From positions 1-45,913 of the IMG/VR virus record IMGVR_UViG_3300044806_000023: DNA of 45,913 nucleotides; one strand, given 5' to 3'. Under the pieces are notes generated by a model. It saw only the letters and a list, made by a program, of their open reading frames with translations. It was not told where the DNA came from and searched no databases. Made by a program: the position numbers and the translations under genes. Below are positions 18,623-28,176 of the stretch, piece after piece. Positions within the stretch are counted from its first letter, which is position 1, and each line of letters begins with the position of its first letter. The DNA is from a virus (lineage: Duplodnaviria > Caudoviricetes).

Positions 18623-21243
18623 TAGCGTCTCCCGTCAGGACGGATGTCCATGCGCGGTGCGCCGAGCTGCCATTGGCAACCAAGCTGGTCGGACTCAATC
18701 TTGAACGAAATCTGACGGCCACGCACGCGCACGTTAATCTGCTGTGTGAACTCTTCCACCTGAATAGCTGTACCAGCTTGCGTCTGCACCACAGGCTCAT
18801 TATCTGAGCCGCCCACGGATGGTGGAGTACTGTAACCCGAGCCAGAGTTCTTCAGCGGAATCATGTACATCGTCACAGTCGGCTGGTCTGGGGAAGCCAC
18901 AGTGGACCCACGGAATGTCACGTCGGGAAGCAAGCGCCAGACGAATCCAAAGTTGTGCCCGTCACCGATGTCAAACTCCGACGAGGTGATGTATGCGTTC
19001 ATTGGGGCTGGAGTGCCAGTCACGTTGTCATTGTTGCCGTATTCGTGGAACACCAAATTGTGTTCGTAGGTAGCAGCAATCGGGTAACCATTCAAAGCCG
19101 AATCACTCCACGCCGTGCGCTCCATAGTGCCGTAGTACCAGATGTCTTCAGCGTAGTTGTAGACCACGTACTTGTCGATAGTTGTCGATGTGCCTGAGCA
19201 ATAGAACCACCAGACTTCGTTGAAGCCTTCGTTTGTACCGGAGAACACCTGACCAAACTGAGCGCGGTTGATGTCTTGGAAGATGTACTGACGCAAGTCG
19301 CAACGCATGGTTTGGACGCGGCCATCGTATTTGTAGAACTTGTCCAAGCCCATCCAGTAGGTCACACCAGATGCCAAAGACGCGGCGTTCTGACTCACGA
19401 TAGAGACGTTGTCCATCAAAAGCTGAGTGCCCCAAACATAGGGAGCGCCTAGGTATTGCATGGAATACAGAGCTGAGTCAGTCCACACCAAGATTTCTTG
19501 GCGAACTTGTAGGGCCGTGACGATTTCTGAGCCGTGCGACAAGCGCAGGAAACCCGCTTGGTTGGTAGCTTCTGGATACCAGACCGTCAGTGATTCTTGG
19601 TCAGACCAGCGAATCAGCATGGGGTCAATCGTCGTGCTGCCAATCTCGTTCGTACCAAAGACAATCGTGAACCGGCTGGCGTCCGACACCAAGAAGTAGT
19701 TCTGCGCCACGGGACAGTAGCCGTCAGAAAACGCCAAAGAAGACACTGGAACCATACGTGTGGACAAGTACGCCGTGCCTGTGTAGGAGCCGGTGCCGAT
19801 GATGGCCGTACCGTTTGGCGTTAACGCCAGTTGAAACGTGTTTGTTACGTCGTCTGACTGCACCACATAGTAGAGCTGGCCAGTTGTGAACCCTGTTGGT
19901 AACACACCACTTGTCTCTAGCGTAAAGGTCACAGCATCACGGGGGAGGCCAGCGTATCCAAAGATAGTCGGACTCTGCATAGTCTGGGTGCCAGACTGAG
20001 AACCAGATGTATTGATGTCAGCACCGCCCAGAGTCGCGGAAAGGCGACATTTATGTAAGCCATCCGTACCAGCGTTCACAACGAAGTAAGTCGTACCTGC
20101 CACCAAACCTGTTGGCAAAGCGCCGGTGGTTGTAAGTTTTACAGGAGTACCGTTTGGCAGGTCGTTTAAGCCAACCCATGTAACAACCGCAGGAGAAGCG
20201 ATGGTCACAGTGAATGTCTGAGACTCTACATCCAGAGTAGTAAGTGCTGTTTGTTGTGGGCCAATGGACGCGTTCCAGTAGTACAACGGACCGCCACGGT
20301 ATCCAGCAATCAAGTCTTGGCCAAAGTTATTGGCGTTCCACAAACGCGGAGGTTGCACGGACGTTTGCCCGTTACCCCAAGTGCCAGCGCCCCAAGTACC
20401 GGAACCCCAACCACTGATACCTGTAGATACGTCAACGCCAGCAGGAATTTCATAGTAGGCGGATACCGAGCTGCCGCCCGTACCTGTGTCATAGGCCGTA
20501 GCAGCGACTGAAACCTCAATCGTGTAGGTGTCGTTGTCAATCACAGTCATCTGGAAGTTACTGTTCAACACAGCCGCAGTGATGCCTGTCTCAAGCGCGA
20601 GGGTCTGAGTGCCGGTGCCAGCCGACGAGATGTTGATGGGCGCACCACCGTTTGACAGGGCCAGTTGGCAGGTTGTGCCTGTAGCGTTGATGACGTAGTA
20701 GCGCGTGTCCGCAGACAAGCCGCCGGGCGCTGTACCAGTTGTGAAAACTTCGAGTGTTGTACCGTTTGGCAGTGCAGTGGTGAAGGTGATGAAGTCTGTA
20801 CCTGAGTCAGCCGTATAGGTCTGAGTGCTCAAGGCAATCGCACCACGAAAGGAGACAAAATCCCCAGTAGAGCTGCCATGCGCTACGTCGGTTACGGTCA
20901 CAGTAGTTGAGCCAGTTGTAGCTGCAAAAGGACCGCTCAAAGGCGTATTGCCTGTGGTCGCACGAAGAGGTGTCACATCGTAGTAGTTCAGCCCCTGCTC
21001 GATGTAGTATTTCAAGTTGGTGCCCACACCAATCCAGTCAATGCCGCTAAGTGAAGACCAGCTCCACAGAGAACGGCAAGTACCCTCATATCGGGCGCTG
21101 GAAATTTCGTCCCAGCCACCTAGCTTCTCAGGCGTGCCTTGGCGGAAGCGAACCTTGTCGCAGTCATACCATCCACCTTCAGTGGTGTAGCGTGTGTTTT
21201 CGCGGTTTACACCGGGCTTGAAGAGGATTTTTTGTAAAGGCAT
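18622..21243 (-). CDS. Tail nozzle/stabilisation protein (P22 gp10-like beta-propeller) with inserted repeats
   Basis: KPGVNRE..GGWYDCDKVRFR start; IRWSDQE; FNEVWWFY; RVRGRQ C terminus; position upstream of ejection genes. Confidence 0.75.
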   Translation of the reverse strand: MPLQKILFKPGVNRENTRYTTEGGWYDCDKVRFRQGTPEKLGGWDEISSARYEGTCRSLWSWSSLSGIDWIGVGTNLKYYIEQGLNYYDVTPLRATTGNTPLSGPFAATTGSTTVTVTDVAHGSSTGDFVSFRGAIALSTQTYTADSGTDFITFTTALPNGTTLEVFTTGTAPGGLSADTRYYVINATGTTCQLALSNGGAPINISSAGTGTQTLALETGITAAVLNSNFQMTVIDNDTYTIEVSVAATAYDTGTGGSSVSAYYEIPAGVDVSTGISGWGSGTWGAGTWGNGQTSVQPPRLWNANNFGQDLIAGYRGGPLYYWNASIGPQQTALTTLDVESQTFTVTIASPAVVTWVGLNDLPNGTPVKLTTTGALPTGLVAGTTYFVVNAGTDGLHKCRLSATLGGADINTSGSQSGTQTMQSPTIFGYAGLPRDAVTFTLETSGVLPTGFTTGQLYYVVQSDDVTNTFQLALTPNGTAIIGTGSYTGTAYLSTRMVPVSSLAFSDGYCPVAQNYFLVSDASRFTIVFGTNEIGSTTIDPMLIRWSDQESLTVWYPEATNQAGFLRLSHGSEIVTALQVRQEILVWTDSALYSMQYLGAPYVWGTQLLMDNVSIVSQNAASLASGVTYWMGLDKFYKYDGRVQTMRCDLRQYIFQDINRAQFGQVFSGTNEGFNEVWWFYCSGTSTTIDKYVVYNYAEDIWYYGTMERTAWSDSALNGYPIAATYEHNLVFHEYGNNDNVTGTPAPMNAYITSSEFDIGDGHNFGFVWRLLPDVTFRGSTVASPDQPTVTMYMIPLKNSGSGYSTPPSVGGSDNEPVVQTQAGTAIQVEEFTQQINVRVRGRQISFKIESDQLGCQWQLGAPRMDIRPDGRR

Positions 21244-21259
21244 GGCGGGATTTTCTCAC

Positions 21260-21919
21260 TTAGGCTCGGCACTGTCCATAGCACGCATCGTACAACGCTT
21301 GGCGGGCCTCAAGGCCAATATAACCACCATTGATTTTCTTGGTCATACCCTTGATGTCGCCAGCGTCGGCGAAGGCGGAAAGGTTATTTGCTTTCCAGAA
21401 CCAGCCAGCGGAACGTGCAGCATAGATGGGTTCGAGCAACAGGTCAGGATTGCCAACGAGGTCTACACCGAGGGCTGCCCCACAGCGGGTGTAATTGTCC
21501 TTGCCAGTTAATTGCTTCAAACCGCGCCCGCGAAACGCCCAGCCCTCACCAGACTCAGCAGGTCCGTTGCCCATACGTGACGAGTAAACCAAATTCGCGA
21601 TGAGCTCCGCCTTACCGGCTATGCTGTTAGCCACAGCGGTAGGGGTCAGTTTGCCCTGCTTATCCTTGACGGGTTTCTTGTCGGGGCCAAGCACAGCGAA
21701 GCGGTTGGGCCAGCACGCAGCCAGCGTAGCCGCACGGTAGTTCAAGTTCTCCGACAGCATGGTGTAGCCGCCGGACTCGTGGGAAGTCTGAGCCAAGAAC
21801 CCAGCAATGCGCTGGGGTGTGTTGATTTCAAACTCTTGGCAAGTCTGCACGATAGCCTCCAGCCACTTAGCTGGGTCTTTTACCTTAGCAGCTTGCAAGT
21901 CGGCGAGAGTAGGTGTCAT
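21260..21919 (-). CDS. Endolysin, GH19 chitinase-like
   Basis: FLAQTSHESGG, ENLNY, FRGRGLKQLTGKDNY, SAGWFW, TKKINGG; ATGA overlap places the start at 21919. Confidence 0.92.
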   Translation of the reverse strand: MTPTLADLQAAKVKDPAKWLEAIVQTCQEFEINTPQRIAGFLAQTSHESGGYTMLSENLNYRAATLAACWPNRFAVLGPDKKPVKDKQGKLTPTAVANSIAGKAELIANLVYSSRMGNGPAESGEGWAFRGRGLKQLTGKDNYTRCGAALGVDLVGNPDLLLEPIYAARSAGWFWKANNLSAFADAGDIKGMTKKINGGYIGLEARQALYDACYGQCRA

Positions 21920-22398
21920 TTGTCTTGGTCCTTTTGCTTCTGGTCCATAGCCTCTTGGCTCTTGTTGCTGCTGCCGTAGAAGAAGCGAATCAAGCTGTTG
22001 AGCGCGGTGCCAATCAAGAAGCCCAATATGATGTTCACAAAGTCGCGGTTCTTGTTCTCGATGTTGACAAATGACACGATGAAGAAGTACAGAAACGTCA
22101 CGATGCTCAGGAACCAAGCGTACTGCTGAGTGAACCTCTTAGTGCTGTCGTCCTGCATGTACATGTCCGTCGCCCGTTGGGTGGACTTCTCATCTAGCTC
22201 GGCCATGAACTCGCTGTGGCGGTTGGCTTCTTCTTGCAGCTTGGCGTTGTACTCAGGGGTGGCTTCACCTTCTGGCTTCAGCTCAATGCCCAGCTTTTGC
22301 TGCACGGCGTCCACACCCTTTTCGATCACTTGGTCGGCGACCTTGTGCATCCCGTTGTTTATGAGGTTGGCTACGATGCCTGCAACGATTGGTAACAT
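21916..22398 (-). CDS. Putative holin
   Basis: Two C-terminal TM segments ending FFYGSS; adjacent to the endolysin. Confidence 0.7.
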   Translation of the reverse strand: MLPIVAGIVANLINNGMHKVADQVIEKGVDAVQQKLGIELKPEGEATPEYNAKLQEEANRHSEFMAELDEKSTQRATDMYMQDDSTKRFTQQYAWFLSIVTFLYFFIVSFVNIENKNRDFVNIILGFLIGTALNSLIRFFYGSSNKSQEAMDQKQKDQDK

Positions 22399-22577
22399 TA
22401 TTCGTCCTTCTTAGGTTCAATTTTCGCGGTGCGCTTCTTTTCCAGTTGTTCAGCGCGTTGTAGGATTATCTCGGCTTTGCGTACTTGTTTGTCGGCGTGC
22501 AAGGCAAGTGCGGCGGAGAATCCCAGCAGCACCAAGATGAACGTAACAACAAGCACCCACCAGTAGAACTCCTTCAT
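22398..22577 (-). CDS. Small membrane-anchored protein (59 aa), lysis module
   Basis: N-terminal TM (WWVLVVTFILVLLGFSAALAL) and basic coiled tail; overlaps both neighbours. Confidence 0.65.
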   Translation of the reverse strand: MKEFYWWVLVVTFILVLLGFSAALALHADKQVRKAEIILQRAEQLEKKRTAKIEPKKDE

Positions 22578-23305
22578 AGAGCGGAATACAACGCCGTCGT
22601 CCACAGGACCCCGACCGTTATCACGATTACGTACCCCACTTTGGCCACCAGTATTTGTTTGCGGTGCTCGTGTCGCCATGCGCTGTCTCGTTCTTTCTTG
22701 CGTTTGACCTCACGGGCAACCTCTTGCTCTTCCAAAATTTCGTCGTACTTAGCCAAGAACTCTTGGTACATTGACCCAAGCCCTAGCTCCTCTGGCGTAC
22801 CGTAGATCATGGCCTGCTTTAGCTGCTTGGACAACTGCTGCATTTGCCACTGAATCTCGATGCGGTCGATAGCACTGTCGGCAACCTTCTCGGTGGTGAG
22901 AGCCTCTTCTTCAAGTTCCCGACAATGTATTTTGAGCTGACGAATCGCCTCAAAATAGACCTTCAAATTCTCACAAATCTCATGCACCGCACGAGCTTGA
23001 AACTCTTCGTAAGTTAGCTCCGCTTCAGGCTCATTCCGTTTCTTTTTCTCCAAATGCTTTGCCGGTTCAACCGACGTAACAACTGGATTAACTGGCCCCA
23101 CTTTTGGCTTTCCGCCAAAGACATTTTTGAGCCATCCCCAGATTCCAACGACTTCGCTGTAGATTGCCTTGGCATCTGCCACGCCGCCTTCAACTTGCTT
23201 CTTGAACTTGCCAATTTCAGCCTTCCCTTCACTGAGCATTTGACAGCCAGCGCGGATAGCACCGACTGCGCTTTGCGCCATGAGGAGAAGACTGATTGGG
23301 TCCAC
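22574..23305 (-). CDS. Coiled-coil protein with C-terminal TM, lysis module
   Basis: MDPISLLL start, long charged helices, C-terminal hydrophobic segment. Confidence 0.7.
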   Translation of the reverse strand: MDPISLLLMAQSAVGAIRAGCQMLSEGKAEIGKFKKQVEGGVADAKAIYSEVVGIWGWLKNVFGGKPKVGPVNPVVTSVEPAKHLEKKKRNEPEAELTYEEFQARAVHEICENLKVYFEAIRQLKIHCRELEEEALTTEKVADSAIDRIEIQWQMQQLSKQLKQAMIYGTPEELGLGSMYQEFLAKYDEILEEQEVAREVKRKKERDSAWRHEHRKQILVAKVGYVIVITVGVLWTTALYSAL

Positions 23306-23308
23306 ATG

Positions 23309-23902
23309 TTATTCGTACAAGATGTTGATGGTGCCAGCGTCAAATGTGTCTGTGCCGCCCAATGTGGTAATTCGAATCTGTGTTAGCGTGTCTGAAAGTG
23401 CTTTAGAGCCACCACAAGCCGATGTTGTAGCCCCGTCAGAGCGTCCAAACGACCCTTGTATCACCCACGTATTTGACCCCATGTAACTAAGAACAGCAGA
23501 GCCACTCCAAAACTGAGTTGTGGAAGTGTCGGCAAAAAGCCGAAACCCTGTTGTATCTAAACCGTTAGATGTGTTTGCGTTCCACGCGGAACCTAGATAG
23601 CTGGTTGTTTCGATGCCTCCAGAGTCTCCAAGTTGCACTTGAATAGGGTTAACTCCGTTTGTACTTACAGCCGCAAACATCACAGTAATCCGCTTCACCC
23701 AAGAAGGGATAGACGTAAAGTCAATGCTAGTGCCAGATGTGCTTGCTACGGCTGTGCCAGAGACCAGAGGGTAAAGAGTTGTACTCAGGCCGCTACCTGT
23801 GATCGCACCTGTAACAGCCAATGTGCCGGTAATAGTCTCGTTGCCTGAGTTTGCTACGCCGGGTGTTGATACGCCGGTGGTACCGTTAATTGTTACTGCC
23901 AT
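23309..23902 (-). CDS. Short tail fibre/receptor-binding protein
   Basis: MAVTINGTTG adaptor; SGTSIDFTSIPSWVKRITV; FDAGTINILYE end. Confidence 0.7.
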   Translation of the reverse strand: MAVTINGTTGVSTPGVANSGNETITGTLAVTGAITGSGLSTTLYPLVSGTAVASTSGTSIDFTSIPSWVKRITVMFAAVSTNGVNPIQVQLGDSGGIETTSYLGSAWNANTSNGLDTTGFRLFADTSTTQFWSGSAVLSYMGSNTWVIQGSFGRSDGATTSACGGSKALSDTLTQIRITTLGGTDTFDAGTINILYE

Positions 23903-23904
23903 GT

Positions 23905-24198
23905 TTATGCTCCTTTAGGGTACTTGGCTTTGACTGCTTGGACAGCAGCAAGCATCTCGGCGGCGGCGTCGCCACCTTTCCACAGTGCATCAAGTTGGTC
24001 GCCAATGGCTGGGTACTCTGCTTGGCGTTTTTGTGCGTATGTCAGTGCAGCTTGGATGGCTTCGGCTTGTTGCGCGCGTATAGTTTCAGCCTCAGTGTCA
24101 GTAACAGCCACTAAACCTGCTTTGATGATCGCGTCTTGAGAGCCGTCAGCTTCATACGCAAATAATTCGTTGGTGATAGGGTCTTTGTAGTGTTTCAT
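23905..24198 (-). CDS. Tail fibre chaperone-like protein
   Basis: YAQKRQAEYPAIGDQLDALW..VKAKYPK; directly follows a fibre gene. Confidence 0.65.
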   Translation of the reverse strand: MKHYKDPITNELFAYEADGSQDAIIKAGLVAVTDTEAETIRAQQAEAIQAALTYAQKRQAEYPAIGDQLDALWKGGDAAAEMLAAVQAVKAKYPKGA

Positions 24199-24207
24199 GT
24201 TTTATCC

Positions 24208-24837
24208 TTAACGAAGTTCAAACCAGTATCCGATTGTTGTGTTTGCACCGTTTGCAAATGAATACGTAGCTCCATTGGGAACGATCAAAGTAAATGGCGA
24301 TGCACCACCACCACCTGACGGGGTAAATTGCACAAAAGCTAAGGATACGCCGTTAAGGTTGGCGTAAGTTATCAAGCCACCAGACGCATTTGGACTAAAC
24401 AACACAGTAATTGGTCTGCCAGTTGAATTGGTATAAGTTGTACCAACAGCTCGGCTTGCCGCTACGTTTTGCCAAGTCTGACCAACACCGATAGCAAAAG
24501 AAGCGTTCTGGTACGGATACCAAGTTGTATTCGCCAAACGATAGGTGTAGGACAGCGACGCATTTTGCGCCAGCATCACAGAACCACCAGCAACAATGGA
24601 TTGGCCTGTATTTGCACTGACTGTTAAAGCGGTAATTTGCTGGCTAGAGCTAAAAGTAATCACCATACCGTCAACAGGCGAGGCAGGCATAGTCACAGTA
24701 CCCGTGGCCAAAGTGCCAGCAGGGGCCATAAACAATGTCTGCGTACCAGCAGCAAAGGTATAGCTGAAACCAGTCGTCAGGACTTGGTAATCGTAGGCTT
24801 GAAGGACGCCATTGGTCCCGTCAACTTTGAGAGTCAT
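24208..24837 (-). CDS. Short tail fibre/receptor-binding protein
   Basis: MTLKVDGTNG adaptor; GVGQTWQNVAASRAVGTTYTNSTGRPI..IVPNGATY..WFELR fibre-tip pattern. Confidence 0.75.
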   Translation of the reverse strand: MTLKVDGTNGVLQAYDYQVLTTGFSYTFAAGTQTLFMAPAGTLATGTVTMPASPVDGMVITFSSSQQITALTVSANTGQSIVAGGSVMLAQNASLSYTYRLANTTWYPYQNASFAIGVGQTWQNVAASRAVGTTYTNSTGRPITVLFSPNASGGLITYANLNGVSLAFVQFTPSGGGGASPFTLIVPNGATYSFANGANTTIGYWFELR

Positions 24838-24840
24838 GGT

Positions 24841-25131
24841 TTAGCCTTTCGGATATTTTGTTTTCACTGCGTCAATCGCAGCTTTCCACGCGTCATAGCC
24901 ACCGTGGTACAGCAAATCAAATTGGTCAGCGGTTGAGGGGTACTCAGCAGCGCGTTGGCGTTGGTACTCTTTAGCATCGTACTCGGCCTGAAGGCGCGCA
25001 ATTTCGGCTGCGGTTTCGTCTTCGGTAGGGCAAGTGCTTGCCTCATCTAGCCATACAACTTTACCTGACTCTGGAATTTCGAAGCTAGAGCCGGGGCGTA
25101 AAGAAATAAGCGCGGCAAATTTATCAATCAT
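24841..25131 (-). CDS. Tail fibre chaperone-like protein
   Basis: ALISLRPG..YQRQRAAEYPSTADQFDLLY..VKTKYPK; paralogue of 23905-24198. Confidence 0.65.
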   Translation of the reverse strand: MIDKFAALISLRPGSSFEIPESGKVVWLDEASTCPTEDETAAEIARLQAEYDAKEYQRQRAAEYPSTADQFDLLYHGGYDAWKAAIDAVKTKYPKG

Positions 25132-25709
25132 GCTGCAATCTCCGTCAAAACAACTGTGCTAGAACAAGAATATGAAGCGTCCGCCCCGCGGCGATTGAAG
25201 TACATAGTACGAACGCTGTTCGGTTTCGCTTGCAGTTTATAAGTGAGCAGTGATGTAGACGCGGGGGAGTCTAAATAAGACCAAGAAGCCGCGTTTCCAT
25301 TACCACTTGCCACGTTCATACCGGGCATAAAAGAGCTAGCGACACCACCGGTACCAACCGCTAAAGTAGTAGCGTCACGATAAACAATAATACCTAAATC
25401 AGCCGCTGAATCCGCCCCAATAAAACCAAGAAAAACCTGCACCAAAATTTTTGATGTCGAAGAAGTTGGCGTAATTGTTGTTTGTAACGGCGTGATGTAT
25501 TGGTTGTCTGTATATGTGGCTTGTGTGTTTGAGTTGGTGCTTACTACTTGCAACACAGACCCAGCAGGGAATCCTGTAGTCGTGGCGCTTGTCAAAAACG
25601 TGCCAGTGTTATCCGGCAGTGTCAGTGTTCGGTTTGTGCTTGAGTTGGGTGCAGCAATGGTAAAAATACCTGTGCCGCTTGCGTTGCCTGAGACTTTTAC
25701 TTGACTCAT
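25128..25709 (-). CDS. Short tail fibre/receptor-binding protein
   Basis: SGTGIFTIAAPNSSTNRTLTLPD adaptor; GSVLQVV..ITPTSSTSKILV..YLDSPA..LTEIAA domain. Confidence 0.75.
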   Translation of the reverse strand: MSQVKVSGNASGTGIFTIAAPNSSTNRTLTLPDNTGTFLTSATTTGFPAGSVLQVVSTNSNTQATYTDNQYITPLQTTITPTSSTSKILVQVFLGFIGADSAADLGIIVYRDATTLAVGTGGVASSFMPGMNVASGNGNAASWSYLDSPASTSLLTYKLQAKPNSVRTMYFNRRGADASYSCSSTVVLTEIAA

Positions 25710-25718
25710 GTTTCTTCC

Positions 25719-26315
25719 TTAGACGATTGACCAGACAGAATCGTCTGGAACTGTGACGGTAACGCCGCTGTCGATTGTGACAGGGCCGAACGTACCTGCG
25801 TTCTTGCCTGTAGGGATGGTGTAGTTTGCGGTCACGGTTTGGTCGTTCTCAAAGAAAATCTGGTCTGAACCACCGCCTGATGCACCTCCACCGCCGCCAG
25901 CAACCTTAACGAAGTCGCCTTCGCCGTTATCCCAAGCGCACAAAGCTGAACCGCCAGCTTCGATTTCCACGCCTGTGGTTGGACTTGTTGGGCCACCCTT
26001 CAAATACACAGAGCTTTGGTCCGTGCAGTTGTTTACCACCACGTAGGTCTTGCTTGATTTGGGTGCGTAGATGTTGCGTGTAGTGGCAGGAGCGCCTGTC
26101 ACCAGCAAAATGGCTGTACGGGCTTCGTTGGATGCGCCGCCACCTGTTGTGGTCAGTGTCCAGTTGCCGGAAGTCACGTCTGCCGTCGAATAGCCAGCAA
26201 TGGCGTCTTCTGTGTTTGTTGTCAACTGGGTGTTGACCGTCGTGCCCCAAGTGCCGTCAAGCTCACCTGTGACCGGAAGGACAAGACCCAGTAGCGGGGT
26301 ATATGCTGATGGCAC
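25719..26315 (-). CDS. Tail fibre base/adaptor protein
   Basis: GLVLPVTGELDGTWG N terminus; C-terminal FFEN..GPVTIDSGVTVTVP..VWSIV module; AAGGAG SD with GTG. Confidence 0.7.
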   Translation of the reverse strand: MPSAYTPLLGLVLPVTGELDGTWGTTVNTQLTTNTEDAIAGYSTADVTSGNWTLTTTGGGASNEARTAILLVTGAPATTRNIYAPKSSKTYVVVNNCTDQSSVYLKGGPTSPTTGVEIEAGGSALCAWDNGEGDFVKVAGGGGGASGGGSDQIFFENDQTVTANYTIPTGKNAGTFGPVTIDSGVTVTVPDDSVWSIV

Positions 26316-26357
26316 GGTTTACTCCTTGGCCGAAATTGTAGACATTCTATCGCTCCC

Positions 26358-26816
26358 TTACACAACAGTCCATACCGAACCACTAGGAACGGTGACGGTA
26401 ATGCCGGAGTCGATAGTCACTGGGCCACCGCTGATTGCGTTACGGCCTGTGTTGATGGTTGAGCTGACGCTGATGGTCGCATCGTTCTCGGTATAGCCTT
26501 GGCCACCGACGACTGCACGCTTGGCTGGGTAGTCACAAAACACATCCTTCACGCCCGATGAGAAGTTCACCAAAGAGCCTGAGTTGCTGGATGCCAACAC
26601 CGTGTCACGCGACAGGCTTGTGCCAGAAGATGTGTACGTACCAATACCCACTTCCCACTCACCGCCGGTCTGGCCAGCAATCGTGTAGTACGTGGTGTTG
26701 GCGTTGCCAATAGCCGAGAAAGACTGAAACCCAACAGACGCACCCAAGAGCGTGACTGCCCCCGTGCCTGTCGTAGAGGTCGTTTCTTTTACTCGGTCTG
26801 CTAATACAAATGCCAT
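26358..26816 (-). CDS. Tail fibre base/adaptor protein
   Basis: MAFVLADRVKETT..EWEVGIGTY..DVFCDYPA; same C-terminal module as 25719-26315. Confidence 0.7.
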   Translation of the reverse strand: MAFVLADRVKETTSTTGTGAVTLLGASVGFQSFSAIGNANTTYYTIAGQTGGEWEVGIGTYTSSGTSLSRDTVLASSNSGSLVNFSSGVKDVFCDYPAKRAVVGGQGYTENDATISVSSTINTGRNAISGGPVTIDSGITVTVPSGSVWTVV

Positions 26817-26825
26817 GTTCGTTCC

Positions 26826-27662
26826 TTATGTGGTCGCGTCCACAAGCTCCCAAGTGTTTGGCTGACTGTCGTCAATCAGCGCCCATGTGTCGGTCTGTGC
26901 GGTGGCCACATTTTGCCAGCTTGATGCTTGGCTGTCGTCAATAACTTTCCAGTAGTTCGCAATCACGTTACCTGCTGCACCACGGGCCGATACACCAGTC
27001 AAGGCAATCACACGGTCGCCAACGCCAACAGCACCTACGGAACCTACCACAGAAACGCCAGAAAGCTCCGCACCAACCGTAAACCCGACAGAACCAACGG
27101 CACCGGATGCTTCATTACTGTTCAGCGGGACAATCACACGCTCAACAGCGCCAAACGCCTGAACACCTGTCAGACCTTGAGAGTGCTGGACACCTGCCGT
27201 ACCGACAGCGCCTGCGGCAGCATTACCCGTGACACCCTTTGACACAGCAGCCAGCAAAGCACCAACTCCGCCAGAGGCGTACACACCGGCCAAAGCGTTC
27301 GAGCGCGTTACTGCAACGGAACCAACTGCCCCAGCAGCCACAACACCTGAGATGCTGACTGTCTTCGTGTGGACAACCGTACCGACTGCGCCAGAAGCGG
27401 CGACGCCTGACAGCGCAACAACACGACTGGACGTTACCGAGCCTACATTGCCTATCGCGTTATCGCCAATACCTTGCCCAGAGTTTGTCTCTGTGACGTT
27501 TCCTACCGCGCCAGCCGCGCTGACACCTGAGATTGCAACAGTTCGACTAGACGTTACTGACCCGACCGCACCAGCGGCGGCATCCCCTGTGACATCAACC
27601 GCAACGGTTAAGCCAGCAAGGGATGAAAACGGGGCTTCAGAAAACGCTGAAAAGCCGAACAT
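26826..27662 (-). CDS. Ala/Gly/Val-rich repetitive fibre protein
   Basis: MFGFSAFSEAPFSSL start; about 20-aa repeats of the form (I/L)SGV.A.GAVG.V. Confidence 0.75.
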   Translation of the reverse strand: MFGFSAFSEAPFSSLAGLTVAVDVTGDAAAGAVGSVTSSRTVAISGVSAAGAVGNVTETNSGQGIGDNAIGNVGSVTSSRVVALSGVAASGAVGTVVHTKTVSISGVVAAGAVGSVAVTRSNALAGVYASGGVGALLAAVSKGVTGNAAAGAVGTAGVQHSQGLTGVQAFGAVERVIVPLNSNEASGAVGSVGFTVGAELSGVSVVGSVGAVGVGDRVIALTGVSARGAAGNVIANYWKVIDDSQASSWQNVATAQTDTWALIDDSQPNTWELVDATT

Positions 27663-27690
27663 GTTCTACGCGGCCTAAGCCGCGCTCCGC

Positions 27691-28167
27691 TTAGGTTGTA
27701 GACAGGCGCAACAAGGCGGTGGACGTATCGTTGACAGGCATGGTCAAAGTGAATGTGCCAGCAGTGATGGTCTGAGAACCGAATGTGTGCACTGACACTG
27801 ACTTGTCGCTCTGGGTAGAGTTGTAAATCAGCACGGTGTCAAAGGCTGTGGTCAACGTCACGTTGGTGTACGTGATGGAAGCTGATGGAGTCCAGTAGGC
27901 TGTACCGGCTGTAGCCGATGCGTTGGTAGCTGCGGGAGCAGTACCGTTTGTCACAGCCACACCACCTGCGGTGTAGTTTGTACCGGAGACTTCACCAGTC
28001 GCTGAGTAAGCAGTGGTGCTTGCGTTGATGGTGGCCGATGTCAGGTACAGAGCTGCTTTGAACGTGTCAGCAGCGCCGGAAGCGCGGACAGGTGCGGTAC
28101 CGAAGTTGTGAGTGGCAGTTAGGACTTCGCCGAGAAACGAAGTGCACATTGCTTGGGTGTTTGCCAT
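27691..28167 (-). CDS. Virion structural protein
   Basis: FKAALY..TTAY..GEV...YTAGG motif; paralogue of 28368-28793. Confidence 0.75.
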   Translation of the reverse strand: MANTQAMCTSFLGEVLTATHNFGTAPVRASGAADTFKAALYLTSATINASTTAYSATGEVSGTNYTAGGVAVTNGTAPAATNASATAGTAYWTPSASITYTNVTLTTAFDTVLIYNSTQSDKSVSVHTFGSQTITAGTFTLTMPVNDTSTALLRLSTT

Positions 28168-28176
28168 GATTTTTCC

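Noticed and set aside
21920-22117. N-terminal extension of the endolysin in the ORF track (likewise for the ORFs ending at 14025, 16501, 22398, 32742, 35188, 38826)
   Set aside because: The extensions overlap upstream genes or RNA elements; downstream ATGs have SD or stop-start coupling
23309-27662. Diversity-generating retroelement or shufflon acting on fibre genes
   Set aside because: No reverse transcriptase or invertase; paralogous segments differ at synonymous positions generally, not only adenines; all genes are co-oriented
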